From NCBI GenBank assembly GCA_964057225.1, contig OZ059896.1, positions 13,020,001-13,084,000 of the forward strand: 64,000 bases of DNA, given 5' to 3'. The notes below the pieces were generated by a model. That model was not told where the DNA came from. It made no database searches and saw nothing but the letters and a program-made list of their open reading frames with translations. The DNA comes from Auanema rhodensis (taxonomy: Eukaryota; Animalia; Nematoda). This document shows, piece after piece, positions 1-14,700 of the stretch. Each line of letters starts with the position of its first letter. The stretch's first letter is position 1. Made by a program: the position numbers and the translations under genes.

Positions 1-420
1 TTAATTATTTCTCTTTCCATAGTCATAACCTTGTTCTGTTTTTCTGTTCGTGACAATTGGCAACAGTTTCCTATTTTCATCCCTTCTTTACTCCTTTGTT
101 ACTTCGTTTCATATCTTATAGACATGAGTCATACGGATTGAACGCAAGTTATCTCCTATTGTTAGAACGGGCTCGGCTCAACTTATGAGTACCTCCGTAC
201 CTAACAACTACCAACAGGAGATCAGCTTTTATGCTGAACAAACCCCCTGTTTTCTGAAAAAAAAAGGAACTGCTTACAAATATTCACTCTCAGATTAACT
301 TATTATTTTTATCCACCCTTCATTTTTTTCAATGTTCTTATTGTATGGCTCTTACTCATGTAACTTCTCATTTGTACTAATACCGTTTAGCCTGTAATAC
401 TGAACAATAAACCAATAAAC
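1..420 (+). mobile_element. 3' UTR and 3' end of a CR1-type LINE (subfamily A), truncated by the window start
   Basis: Collinear blocks are shared with the reverse complement of 55367-55735 (e.g. AGAACGGGCTCG, CTGAACAAA, TTTTATCCAC, CCTGT.AT...GAACAATAAACC). It ends in the 8-bp tandem tail (CAATAAAC)2 at 405-420, typical of CR1, and joins the satellite at AC|GTGTAC. Confidence 0.85.
117..239 (+). ncRNA. Putative conserved structured cis-RNA element in the LINE 3' UTR (copy A)
   Basis: Stems: GAC121-123/GTC128-130, GTT148-150/AAC237-239, ATCTCCT151-157/AGGAGAT216-222, TTGTTAG159-165/CTAACAA201-207, ACGG167-170/CCGT195-198, GCTCA176-180/TGAGT186-190, CAGC223-226/GCTG233-236. Compensatory changes are seen relative to the copy at 55606-55735. 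Confidence 0.65.
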
Positions 421-3400
421 GTGTACAATTAATTAGCATAAATTAAAGTTCACGTAAATTTCAAAGTCATAGTTACCATGCACCAATATCAATAAAAATT
501 TGTTCTTAGATTAATATGGACATGGGTAATCTAATTTTGAAAACCGCATCTCTTTATCTTTAACGGGAAGCGAGTTACATACCATGTGCACATCACGTGT
601 ACAATTAATTAGCATAAATTAAAGTTCACGTAAATTTCAAAGTCATATTACCATGCACCAATATCAATAAAACTTTGTTCTCAGACTAATATGGACATGG
701 GTAATCTAATTTTGAGAACCGCATTTCTTTATCTTTCACGGGAAGCGAGTTACATACCATGTGCACACCACGTGTACAATTAATTAGCATAAATTGAAGT
801 TCACGTAAAGTTCAAAGTCATGGTTACCATGTATCAATAAAAATTTGTTATTAGACTAATATTGACATGAGGAATCTAATTTTGAAAACCGCATCTCTTT
901 ATCTTTAACGGGAAGCGAGTTACCTACCATGTGCACAACACGTGTACAATTAATTAGCATAAATTAAACTTCACGTAAACTTCAAAGTCCCGGTTACCAT
1001 GCACCAATATCAATAAAACTTTGTTCTCAGACTAATATGGACATGGGTAATCTAATTTTGAGAACCGCATTTCTTTATCTTTCACAGGAAGCGAGTTACA
1101 TACCATGTGCACATTACGTGTACAATTAATTAGCATAAATTAAAGTTCACGTAAATTTCAAAGTCATGGTTACCATGCACCAATATCAATAAAAATTTCT
1201 TATTAGGCTAAAATGGACATGAGGAATCTAATTTTGAGAACCGCATTTCTTTATCTTTCACGGGAAGCGAGTTACATACCATGTGCACATCACGTGTACA
1301 ATTAATTAGCATAAATTAAAGTTCACGTAAATTTCAAAGTCATGGTTACCATTCACCAATATCAATAAAAATTTGTTCGTAGACTAATATGGACATGGGT
1401 AATCTAATTTTGAAAACCGCATCTCTTTATCTTTCACGTGAAGCGAGTTACATACCAAGTGCACATCACGTGTACATTTAATTAGCATAAATTAAAGTTC
1501 ACGTAAATTTCAAAGTCATGGTTACCATGCACCAATATCAATAAAAATTTGTTTTTAGACTAATATGGACATGGGTAATCTAATTTTGAAAACCGCATCT
1601 CTTTATCTTTAACGGGAAGCGAGTTACATACCATGTGCACATCACGTGTACAATTAATTAGCATAAATTAAAGTTCACGTAAATTTCAAAGTCATGGTTA
1701 CCATGTATCAATAAAAATTTGTTATTAGACTAATATAGACATGAGGAATCTAATTTTGAAAATCGCATCTCTTTATCTTTAACGGGAAGCGAGTTACATA
1801 CCATGTGCACATCACGTGTACAATTAATTAGCATAAATTAAAGTTCACGTTAATTTCAAAGTCATGGTTGCCATGCACCAATATCAATAAAATTTTGTTC
1901 TTAGACTAATATGGACATGGGTAATCTAATTTTGAAAACCGCATTTCTTTATCTTTCACGGGAAGCGAGTTACATACCATGTGCACATCACGTGTACAAT
2001 TAATTAGCATAAATTAAAGTTCACGTTTATTTCAAAGTCATATTACCATGCACCAATATCAATAAAACTTTGTTCTCAGACTAATATGGACATGGGTAAT
2101 CTAATTTTGAAAACCGCATTTCTTTATCTTTCACGGGAAGCGAGTTACATACCATGTGCACATCACGTGTACAATTAATTAGCATAAATTAAAGTTCACG
2201 TAAATTTCAAAGTCATGGTTACCATTCACCAATATCAATAAAAATTTGTTCGTAGACTAATATGGACATGGGTAATCTAATTTTGAAAACCGCATCTCTT
2301 TATCTTTCACGTGAAGCGAGTTACATACCAAGTGCACATCACGTGTACATTTAATTAGCATAAATTAAAGTTCACGTAAATTTCAAAGTCATGGTTACCA
2401 TGCACCAATATCAATAAAAATTTGTTTTTAGACTAATATGGACATGGGTAATCTAATTTTGAAAACCGCATCTCTTTATCTTTAACGGGAAGCGAGTTAC
2501 ATACCATGTGCACATCACGTGTACAATTAATTAGCATAAATTAAAGTTCACGTAAATTTCAAAGTCATGGTTACCATGTATCAATAAAAATTTGTTATTA
2601 GACTAATATAGACATGAGGAATCTAATTTTGAAAATCGCATCTCTTTATCTTTAACGGGAAGCGAGTTACATACCATGTGCACATCACGTGTACAATTAA
2701 TTAGCATAAATTAAAGTTCACGTTAATTTCAAAGTCATGGTTGCCATGCACCAATATCAATAAAATTTTGTTCTTAGACTAATATGGACATGGGTAATCT
2801 AATTTTGAAAACCGCATTTCTTTATCTTTCACGGGAAGCGAGTTACATACCATGTGCACATCACGTGTACAATTAATTAGCATAAATTAAAGTTCACGTA
2901 AATTTCAAAGTCATGGTTACCATTCACCAATATCAATAAAAATTTGTTTTTAGACTAATATGGACATGGGTAATCTAATTTTGAAAACCGCATCTCTTTA
3001 TCTTTAACGGGAAGCGAGTTACATACCATGTGAACATCACGTGTACAATTAATTAGCATAAATTAAAGTTCACGTTTATTTCAAAGTCAAATTACCATGC
3101 ACCAATATCAATAAAACTTTGTTCTCAGACTAATATGGACATGGGTAATCTAATTTTGAAAACCGCATTTCTTTATCTTTCACGGGAAGCGAGTTACATA
3201 CCATGTGCACATCACGTGTACAATTAATTAGCATAAATTAAAGTTCACGTAAAGTTCAAAGTCATGGTTATCATGTATCAATAAAAATTTGTTATTAGAC
3301 TAATATAGACATGAGGAATCTAATTTTGAAAATCGCATCTCTTTATCTTTAACGGGAAGCGAGTTACATACCATGTGCACATCACGTGTACAATTAATTA

Positions 3401-5799
3401 GCATAAATTAAAGTTCACGTAAACTTCAAAGTCCTGGTTACCATGCACCAATATCAATAAAACTTTGTTCTCAGACTAATATGGACATGGGTAATCTAAT
3501 TTTGAGAACCGCATTTCTTTATCTTTCACGGGAAGCGAGTTACATACCATGTGCACATCACGTGTACAATTAATTAGCATAAATTAAAGTTCACGTAAAG
3601 TTCAAAGTCATGGTTACCATGTAACAATACAAATTTGTTATTAGACTAATATAAACATGAGGAATCTAATTTTGAAAATCGCATCTCTTTATCTTTCACG
3701 GGAAGCGAGTTACATACCATGTGCACATCACGTGTACAATTAATTAGCATAAATTAAAGTTCACGTTTATTTCAAAGTCATATTACCATGCACCAATATC
3801 AATAAAACTTTGTTCTCAGACTAATATGGACATGGGTAATCTAATTTTGAAAACCGCATTTCTTTATCTTTCACGGGAAGCGAGTTACATACCATGTGCA
3901 CATCACGTGTACAATTAATTAGCATAAATTAAAGTTCACGTAAAGTTCAAAGTCATGGTTATCATGTATCAATAAAAATTTGTTATTAGACTAATATAGA
4001 CATGAGGAATCTAATTTTGAAAATCGCATCTCTTTATCTTTAACGGGAAGCGAGTTACATACCATGTGCACATCACGTGTACAATTAATTAGCATAAATT
4101 AAAGTTCACGTAAACTTCAAAGTCCTGGTTACCATGCACCAATATCAATAAAACTTTGTTCTCAGACTAATATGGACATGGGTAATCTAATTTTGAGAAC
4201 CGCATTTCTTTATCTTTCACGGGAAGCGAGTTACATACCATGTGCACATCACGTGTACAATTAATTAGCATAAATTAAAGTTCACGTAAAGTTCAAAGTC
4301 ATGGTTACCATGTAACAATAAAAATTTGTTATTAGACTAATATAAACATGAGGAATCTAATTTTGAAAATCGCATCTCTTTATCTTTCACGGGAAGCGAG
4401 TTACATACCATGTGCACATCACGTGTACAATTAATTAGCATAAATTAAAGTTCACGTAAAGTTCAAAGTCATGGTTACCATGCACCAATATCAATAAAAT
4501 TTTGTTCTTAGACTAATATGGACATGGGTAATCTAATTTTGAAAACCGCATTTCTTTATCTTTCACGGGAAGCGAGTTACATACCATGTGCACATCACGT
4601 GTACAATTAATTAGCATAAATTAAAGTTCACGTAAATTTCAAAGTCATGGTTACCATGCACCAATATCAATAAAAATTTGTTCTTAGACTAATATGGACA
4701 TGGGTAATCTAATTTTGAAAACCGCATCTCTTTATCTTTAACGGGAAGCGAGTTACATACCATGTGCACATCACGTGTTTAATTAATTAGCATAAATTAA
4801 AGTTCACGTTAATTTCAAAGTCATGGTTACCATGCACCAATATCAATAAAAATTTTTTCTTAGATTAATATGGACATGGGTAATCTAATTTTGAAAACCG
4901 CATCTGTTTATCTTTCACGGGAAGCGAGTTACATACCATGTGCACATGACGTGTACAATTAATTAGCATAAATTAAAGTTCACGTTAATTTCAAAGTCAT
5001 ATTACCATGCACCAATATCAATAAAACTTCGTTCTCAGACTAATATGGACATGGGTAATCTAATTTTGAGAACCGCATTTCTTCATCTTTCACGGGAAGC
5101 GAGTTACATACCATGTGCACATCACGTGTACAATTAATTAGCATAAATTAAAGTTCACGTAAAGTTCAAAGTCATGGTTACCATGCACCAATATCAATAA
5201 AAATTTGTTCTTAGACTAATATGGACATGGGTAATCTAATTTTGAAAACCGCATCTCTTTATCTTTAACGGGAAGCGAGTTACATACCATGTGCACATCA
5301 CGTGTACAATTAATTAGCATAAATTAAAGTTCACGTAAACTTCAAAGTCCTGGTTACCATGCACCAATATCAATAAAAATTTGTTCTTAGATTAATATGG
5401 ACATGGGTAATCTAATTTTGAAAACCGCATTTTTTTATCTTTCACGGGAAGCGAGTAACATACCATGTGCACATCACGTGTACAATTAATTAGCATAAAT
5501 TAAAGTTCACGTTAATTTCAAAGTCATGGTTACCATGTATCAATAAAAATTTGTTATTAGACTAATATAGACATGAGGAATCTAATTTTGTAAACCGCAT
5601 CTCTTTATCTTTAACGGGAAGCGAGTTACATACCATGTGCACATCACGTGTACAATTAATTAGCATAAATTAAAGTTCACGTTAATTTCAAAGTCATGGT
5701 TACCATGCACCAATATCGATGAAAATTTGTTCTTAGATTAATATGGACATGGGTAATCTAATTTTGAAAACCGCATTTCTTTATCTTTCACGGGAAGCG

Positions 5800-8700
5800 A
5801 GTTACATACCATGTGCACATCACGTGTACAATTAATTAGCATAAATTAAAGTTCACGTTAATTTCAAAGTCATGGTTACCATGTATCAATAAAAATTTGT
5901 TATTAGACTAATATGGACATGGGTTATCTAATTTTGAAAACCGCATTTCTTTATCTTTCACGGGAAGCGAGTTACATACCATGTGCACATCACGTGTACA
6001 ATTAATTAGCATAAATCAAAGTTCACGTTAATTTCAAAGTCATGGTTACCATGTATCAATAAAAATTTGTTCTTAGATTAATATGGACATGGGTAATCTA
6101 ATTTTGAAAACCGCATTTCTTTGTCTTTCACGGGAAGCGAGTCACATACCATGTGCACATCACGTGTACAATTAATTAGCATAAATTAAAGTTCACGTAA
6201 AGTTCAAAGTCATGGTTACCATGCACCAATATCAATAAAAATTTGTTCTTAGACTAATATGGACATGGGTAATCTAATTTTGAAAACCGCATTTCTTTAT
6301 CTTTCACGGGAAGCGAGTTACATACCATGTGCACATCACGTGTACAATTAATTAGCATAAATTAAAGTTCACGTTAATTTCAAAGTCATGGTTACCATGC
6401 ACCAATATCGATAAAAATCTGTTCTTAGATTAATATGGACATGGGTAATCTAATTTTGAAAACCGCATTTCTTTATCTTTCACGGGAAGCGAGTCACATA
6501 CCATGTGCACATCACGTGTACAATTAATTAGCATAAATTAAAGTTCACGTAAAGTTCAAAGTCATGGTTACCATGTATCAATAAAAATCTGTTATTAGAC
6601 TAATATAGACATGAGGAATCTAATTTTGAAAATCGCATCTCTTTATCTTTAACGGGAAGCGAGTTACATACCATGTGCACATCACGTGTACAATTAATTA
6701 GCATAAATTAAAGTTCACGTTAATTTCAAAGTCATGGTTACCATGCACCAATATCAATAAAACTTTGTTCTCAGACTAATATGGACATGGGTAATCTAAT
6801 TTTGATAACCGCATCTCTTTATCTTTCACGGGAAGCGAGTCACATACCATGTGCACATCACGTGTACAATTAATTAGCATAAATTAAAGTTCACGTAAAG
6901 TTCAAAGTCATGGTTACCATGCACCAATATCAATAAAAATTTGTTCTTAGATTAATATGGACATGGGTAATCTAATTTTGAAAACCGCATTTCTTTGTCT
7001 TTCACGGGAAGCGAGTCACATACCATGTGCACATCACGTGTACAATTAATTAGCATAAATTAAAGTTCACGTAAAGTTCAAAATCATGGTTACCATGCAC
7101 CAATATCAATAACAATTTGTTCTTAGACTAATATGGACATGGGTAATCTAATTTTGAAAACCGCATTTCTTTATCTTTCACGGGAAGCGAGTTACATACC
7201 ATGTGCACATCACGTGTACAATTAATTAGCATAAATTAAAGTTCACGTTAATTTCAAAGTCATGGTTACCATGCACCAATATCGATAAAAATTTGTTCTT
7301 AGATTAATATGGACATGGGTAATCTAATTTTGAAAACCACATTTCTTTATCTTTCACGGGAAGCGAGTCACATACCATGTGCACATCACGTGTACAATTA
7401 ATTAGCATAAATTAAAGTTCACGTTAATTTCAAAGTCATGGTTACCATGCACCAATATCGATAAAAATTTGTTCTTAGATTAATATGGACATGGGTAATC
7501 TAATTTTGAAAACCGCATTTCTTTATCTTTCACGGGAAGCGAGTTACATACCATGTGCACATCACGTGTACAATTAATTAGCATAAATTAAAGTTCACGT
7601 TAATTTCAAAGTCATGGTTACCATGTATCAATAAAAATTTGTTATTAGACTAATATAGACATGAGGAATCTAATTTTGAAAACCGCATCTGTTTATCTTT
7701 AACGGGAAGCGAGTTACATACGATGTGCACAACACGTGTACAATTAATTAGCATAAATTAAAGTTCACGTAAATTTCAAAGTCATGGTTACCATGCACCA
7801 ATATCAATAAAACTTTGTTCTTAGACTAATATGGACATGGGTAATCTAATTTTGAAAACCGCATTTCTTTATCTTTCACGGGAAGCGAGTTACATACCAT
7901 GTGCACATCACGTGTACAATTATTAGCATAAATTAAAGTTCACGTTAATTTCAAAGTCATGGTTACCATGCACCAATATCAATAAAAATTTGTTCTTAGA
8001 TTAATATGGACATGGGTAATCTAATTTTGAGAACCGCATTTCTTCATCTTTCACGGGAAGCGAGTTACATACCATGTTCACATCACGTGTACAATTAATT
8101 AGCATAAATTAAAGTTCACGTAAAGTTCAAAGTCATGGTTACCATGCACCAATATCAATAAAAATTTGTTCTTAGACTAATATGGACATGGGTAATCTAA
8201 TTTTGAAAACCGCATCTCTTTATCTTTAACGGGAAGCGAGTTACATACCATGTGCACATCACGTGTACAATTAATTAGCATAAATTAAAGTTCACGTAAA
8301 CTTCAAAGTCCTGGTTACCATGCACCAATATCAATAAAAATTTGTTCTTAGATTAATATGGACATGGGTAATCTAATTTTGAAAACGGCATTTTTTTATC
8401 TTTCACGGGAAGCGAGTAACATACCATGTGCACATCACGTGTACAATTAATTAGCATAAATTAAAGTTCACGTTAATTTCAAAGTCATGGTTACCATGTA
8501 TCAATAAAAATTTGTTATTAGACTAATATAGACATGAGGAATCTAATTTTGTAAACCGCATTTCTTTATCTTTCACGGGAAGCGAGTTACATACCATGTG
8601 CACATCACGTGTACAATTAATTAGCATAAATTAAAGTTCACGTTAATTTCAAAGTCATGGTTACCATGCACCAATATCAATAAAAATTTGTTCTTAGATT

Positions 8701-11700
8701 AATATGGACATGGGTAATCTAATTTTGAAAACCGCATTTCTTTATCTTTCACGGGAAGCGAGTTACATACCATGTGCACATGACGTGTACAATTAATTAG
8801 CATAAATTAAAGTTCACGTTAATTTCAAAGTCATATTACCATGCACCAATATCAATAAAACTTTGTTCTCAGACTAATATGGACATGGGTAATCTAATTT
8901 TGAGAACTGCATTTCTTCATCTTTAACGGGAAGCGAGTTACATACCATGTGCACATCACGTGTACAATTAATTAGCATAAATTAAAGTTCACGTAAACTT
9001 CAAAGTCCTGGTTACCATGCACCAATATCAATAAAAATTTGTTCTTAGATTAATATGGACATGGGTAATCTAATTTTGAAAACCGCATTTTTTTATCTTT
9101 CACGGGAAGCGAGTAACATACCATGTGCACATCACGTGTACAATTAATTAGCATAAATTAAAGTTCACGTTAATTTCAAAGTCATGGTTACCATGCACCA
9201 ATATCAATAAAATTTTGTTCTTAGACTAATATGGACATGGGTTATCTAATTTTGAAAACCGCATTTCTTTATCTTTCACGGGAAGCGAGTTACATACCAT
9301 GTGCACATCACGTGTACAATTAATTAGCATAAATTAAAGTTCACGTTAATTTCAAAGTCATGGTTACCATGTATCAATAAAAATTTGTTATTAGACTAAT
9401 ATAGACATGAGGAATCTAATTTTGAAAATCGCATCTCTTTATCTTTAACGGGAAGCGAGTTACATATAATGTGCACATCACGTGTACAATTAATTAGCAT
9501 AAATTAAAGTTCACGTAAAGTACAAAGTCATGGTTACCATGCACCAATATCAATAAAATTTTGTTCTTAGACTAATATGGACATGGGTTATCTAATTTTG
9601 AAAACCGCATTTCTTTATCTTTCACGGGAAGCGAGTTACATACCATGTGCACATCGCGTGTACAATTAATTAGCATAAATCAAAGTTCACGTTAATTTCA
9701 AAGTCATGGTTACCATGTATCAATAAAAATTTGTTCTTAGATTAATATGGACATGGGTAATCTAATTTTGAAAACCGCATTTCTTTGTCTTTCACGGGAA
9801 GCGAGTCACATACCATGTGCACATCACGTGTACAATTAATTAGCATAAATTAAAGTTCACGTAAAGTTCAAAGTCATGGTTACCATGCACCAATATCAAT
9901 AAAAATTTGTTCTTAGACTAATATGGACATGGGTAATCTAATTTTGAAAACCGCATTTCTTTATCTTTCACGGGAAGCGAGTCACATACCATGTGCACAT
10001 CACGTGTACAATTAATTAGCATAAATTAAAGTTCACGTAAAGTTCAAAGTCATGGTTACCATGCACCAATATCGATAAAAATCTGTTCTTAGATTAATAT
10101 GGACATGGGTAATCTAATTTTGAAAACCGCATTTCTTTATCTTTCACGGGAAGCGAGTCACATACCATGTGCACATCACGTGTACAATTAATTAGCATAA
10201 ATTAAAGTTCACGTAAAGTTCAAAGTCATGGTTACCATGTATCAATAAAAATCTGTTATTAGACTAATATAGACATGAGGAATCTAATTTTGAAAATCGC
10301 ATCTCTTTATCTTTAACGGGAAGCGAGTTACATACCATGTGCACATCACGTGTACAATTAATTAGCATAAATTAAAGTTCACGTTAATTTCAAAGTCATG
10401 GTTACCATGCACCAATATCAATAAAACTTTGTTCTCAGACTAATATGGACATGGGTAATCTAATTTTGATAACCGCATCTCTTTATCTTTCACGGGAAGC
10501 GAGTCACATACCATGTGCACATCACGTGTACAATTAATTAGCATAAATTAAAGTTCACGTAAAGTTCAAAGTCATGGTTACCATGCACCAATATCAATAA
10601 AAATTTGTTCTTAGATTAATATGGACATGGGTAATCTAATTTTGAAAACCGCATTTCTTTGTCTTTCACGGGAAGCGAGTCACATACCATGTGCACATCA
10701 CGTGTACAATTAATTAGCATAAATTAAAGTTCACGTAAAGTTCAAAATCATGGTTACCATGCACCAATATCAATAACAATTTGTTCTTAGACTAATATGG
10801 ACATGGGTAATCTAATTTTGAAAACCGCATTTCTTTATCTTTCACGGGAAGCGAGTTACATACCATGTGCACATCACGTGTACAATTAATTAGCATAAAT
10901 TAAAGTTCACGTTAATTTCAAAGTCATGGTTACCATGCACCAATATCGATAAAAATTTGTTCTTAGATTAATATGGACATGGGTAATCTAATTTTGAAAA
11001 CCACATTTCTTTATCTTTCACGGGAAGCGAGTCACATACCATGTGCACATCACGTGTACAATTAATTAGCATAAATTAAAGTTCACGTTAATTTCAAAGT
11101 CATGGTTACCATGTATCAATAAAAATTTGTTATTAGACTAATATAGACATGAGGAATCTAATTTTGAAAATCGCATCTCTTTATCTTTAACGGGAAGCGA
11201 GTTACATATAATGTGCACATCACGTGTACAATTAATTAGCATAAATTAAAGTTCACGTAAAGTTCAAAGTCATGGTTACCATGCACCAATATCAATAAAA
11301 TTTTGTTCTTAGACTAATATGGACATGGGTTATCTAATTTTGAAAACCGCATTTCTTTATCTTTCACGGGAAGCGAGTTACATACCATGTGCACATCACG
11401 TGTACAATTAATTAGCATAAATCAAAGTTCACGTTAATTTCAAAGTCATGGTTACCATGTATCAATAAAAATTTGTTCTTAGATTAATATGGACATGGGT
11501 AATCTAATTTTGAAAACCGCATTTCTTTGTCTTTCACGGGAAGCGAGTCACATACCATGTGCACATCACGTGTACAATTAATTAGCATAAATTAAAGTTC
11601 ACGTAAAGTTCAAAGTCATGGTTACCATGCACCAATATCAATAAAAATTTGTTCTTAGACTAATATGGACATGGGTAATCTAATTTTGAAAACCGCATTT

Positions 11701-14700
11701 CTTTATCTTTCACGGGAAGCGAGTTACATACCATGTGCACATCACGTGTACAATTAATTAGCATAAATTAAAGTTCACGTTAATTTCAAAGTCATGGTTA
11801 CCATGCACCAATATCGATAAAAATCTGTTCTTAGATTAATATGGACATGGGTAATCTAATTTTGAAAACCGCATTTCTTTATCTTTCACGGGAAGCGAGT
11901 CACATACCATGTGCACATACGTGTACAATTAATTAGCATAAATTAAAGTTCACGTAAAGTTCAAAGTCATGGTTACCATGTATCAATAAAAATCTGTTAT
12001 TAGACTAATATAGACATGAGGAATCTAATTTTGAAAATCGCATCTCTTTATCTTTAACGGGAAGCGAGTTACATACCATGTGCACATCACGTGTACAATT
12101 AATTAGCATAAATTAAAGTTCACGTTAATTTCAAAGTCATGGTTACCATGCACCAATATCAATAAAACTTTGTTCTCAGACTAATATGGACATGGGTAAT
12201 CTAATTTTGATAACCGCATCTCTTTATCTTTCACGGGAAGCGAGTCACATACCATGTGCACATCACGTGTACAATTAATTAGCATAAATTAAAGTTCACG
12301 TAAAGTTCAAAGTCATGGTTACCATGCACCAATATCAATAAAAATTTGTTCTTAGATTAATATGGACATGGGTAATCTAATTTTGAAAACCGCATTTCTT
12401 TGTCTTTCACGGGAAGCGAGTCACATACCATGTGCACATCACGTGTACAATTAATTAGCATAAATTAAAGTTCACGTAAAGTTCAAAATCATGGTTACCA
12501 TGCACCAATATCAATAACAATTTGTTCTTAGACTAATATGGACATGGGTAATCTAATTTTGAAAACCGCATTTCTTTATCTTTCACGGGAAGCGAGTTAC
12601 ATACCATGTGCACATCACGTGTACAATTAATTAGCATAAATTAAAGTTCACGTTAATTTCAAAGTCATGGTTACCATGCACCAATATCGATAAAAATTTG
12701 TTCTTAGATTAATATGGACATGGGTAATCTAATTTTGAAAACCACATTTCTTTATCTTTCACGGGAAGCGAGTCACATACCATGTGCACATCACGTGTAC
12801 AATTAATTAGCATAAATTAAAGTTCACGTTAATTTCAAAGTCATGGTTACCATGCACCAATATCGATAAAAATTTGTTCTTAGATTAATATGGACATGGG
12901 TAATCTAATTTTGAAAACCGCATTTCTTTATCTTTCACGGGAAGCGAGTTACATACCATGTGCACATCACGTGTACAATTAATTAGCATAAATTAAAGTT
13001 CACGTTAATTTCAAAGTCATGGTTACCATGTATCAATAAAAATTTGTTATTAGACTAATATAGACATGAGGAATCTAATTTTGAAAACCGCATCTGTTTA
13101 TCTTTAACGGGAAGCGAGTTACATACGATGTGCACATCACGTGTACAATTAATTAGCATAAATTAAAGTTCACGTAAATTTCAAAGTCATGGTTACCATG
13201 CACCAATATCAATAAAACTTTGTTCTTAGACTAATATGGACATGGGTAATCTAATTTTGAAAACCGCATTTCTTTATCTTTCACGGGAAGCGAGTTACAT
13301 ACCATGTGCACATCACGTGTACAATTATTAGCATAAATTAAAGTTCACGTTAATTTCAAAGTCATGGTTACCATGCACCAATATCAATAAAAATTTGTTC
13401 TTAGATTAATATGGACATGGGTAATCTAATTTTGAGAACCGCATTTCTTCATCTTTCACGGGAAGCGAGTTACATACCATGTTCACATCACGTGTACAAT
13501 TAATTAGCATAAATTAAAGTTCACGTAAAGTTCAAAGTCATGGTTACCATGCACCAATATCAATAAAACTTTGTTCTCAGACTAATATGGACATGGGTAA
13601 TCTAATTTTGAGAACTGCATTTCTTCATCTTTAACGGGAAGCGAGTTACATACCATGTGCACATCACGTGTACAATTAATTAGCATAAATTAAAGTTCAC
13701 GTAAACTTCAAAGTCCTGGTTACCATGCACCAATATCAATAAAAATTTGTTCTTAGATTAATATGGACATGGGTAATCTAATTTTGAAAACCGCATTTTT
13801 TTATCTTTCACGGGAAGCGAGTAACATACCATGTGCACATCACGTGTACAATTAATTAGCATAAATTAAAGTTCACGTTAATTTCAAAGTCATGGTTACC
13901 ATGCACCAATATCAATAAAATTTTGTTCTTAGACTAATATGGACATGGGTTATCTAATTTTGAAAACCGCATTTCTTTATCTTTCACGGGAAGCGAGTTA
14001 CATACCATGTGCACATCACGTGTACAATTAATTAGCATAAATTAAAGTTCACGTTAATTTCAAAGTCATGGTTACCATGTATCAATAAAAATTTGTTATT
14101 AGACTAATATAGACATGAGGAATCTAATTTTGAAAATCGCATCTCTTTATCTTTAACGGGAAGCGAGTTACATATAATGTGCACATCACGTGTACAATTA
14201 ATTAGCATAAATTAAAGTTCACGTAAAGTTCAAAGTCATGGTTACCATGCACCAATATCAATAAAATTTTGTTCTTAGACTAATATGGACATGGGTTATC
14301 TAATTTTGAAAACCGCATTTCTTTATCTTTCACGGGAAGCGAGTTACATACCATGTGCACATCACGTGTACAATTAATTAGCATAAATCAAAGTTCACGT
14401 TAATTTCAAAGTCATGGTTACCATGTATCAATAAAAATTTGTTCTTAGATTAATATGGACATGGGTAATCTAATTTTGAAAACCGCATTTCTTTGTCTTT
14501 CACGGGAAGCGAGTCACATACCATGTGCACATCACGTGTACAATTAATTAGCATAAATTAAAGTTCACGTAAAGTTCAAAGTCATGGTTACCATGCACCA
14601 ATATCAATAAAAATTTGTTCTTAGACTAATATGGACATGGGTAATCTAATTTTGAAAACCGCATTTCTTTATCTTTCACGGGAAGCGAGTTACATACCAT

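Noticed and set aside
128-195. Resemblance to 5S rRNA (GTCATAC..TGAACGC..ATCTC) and to a 28S segment (GAACGGGCTYGGC)
   Set aside because: TGAACGC is not kept in the second subfamily, and the covarying stems do not match rRNA helices. A cmscan would settle it.
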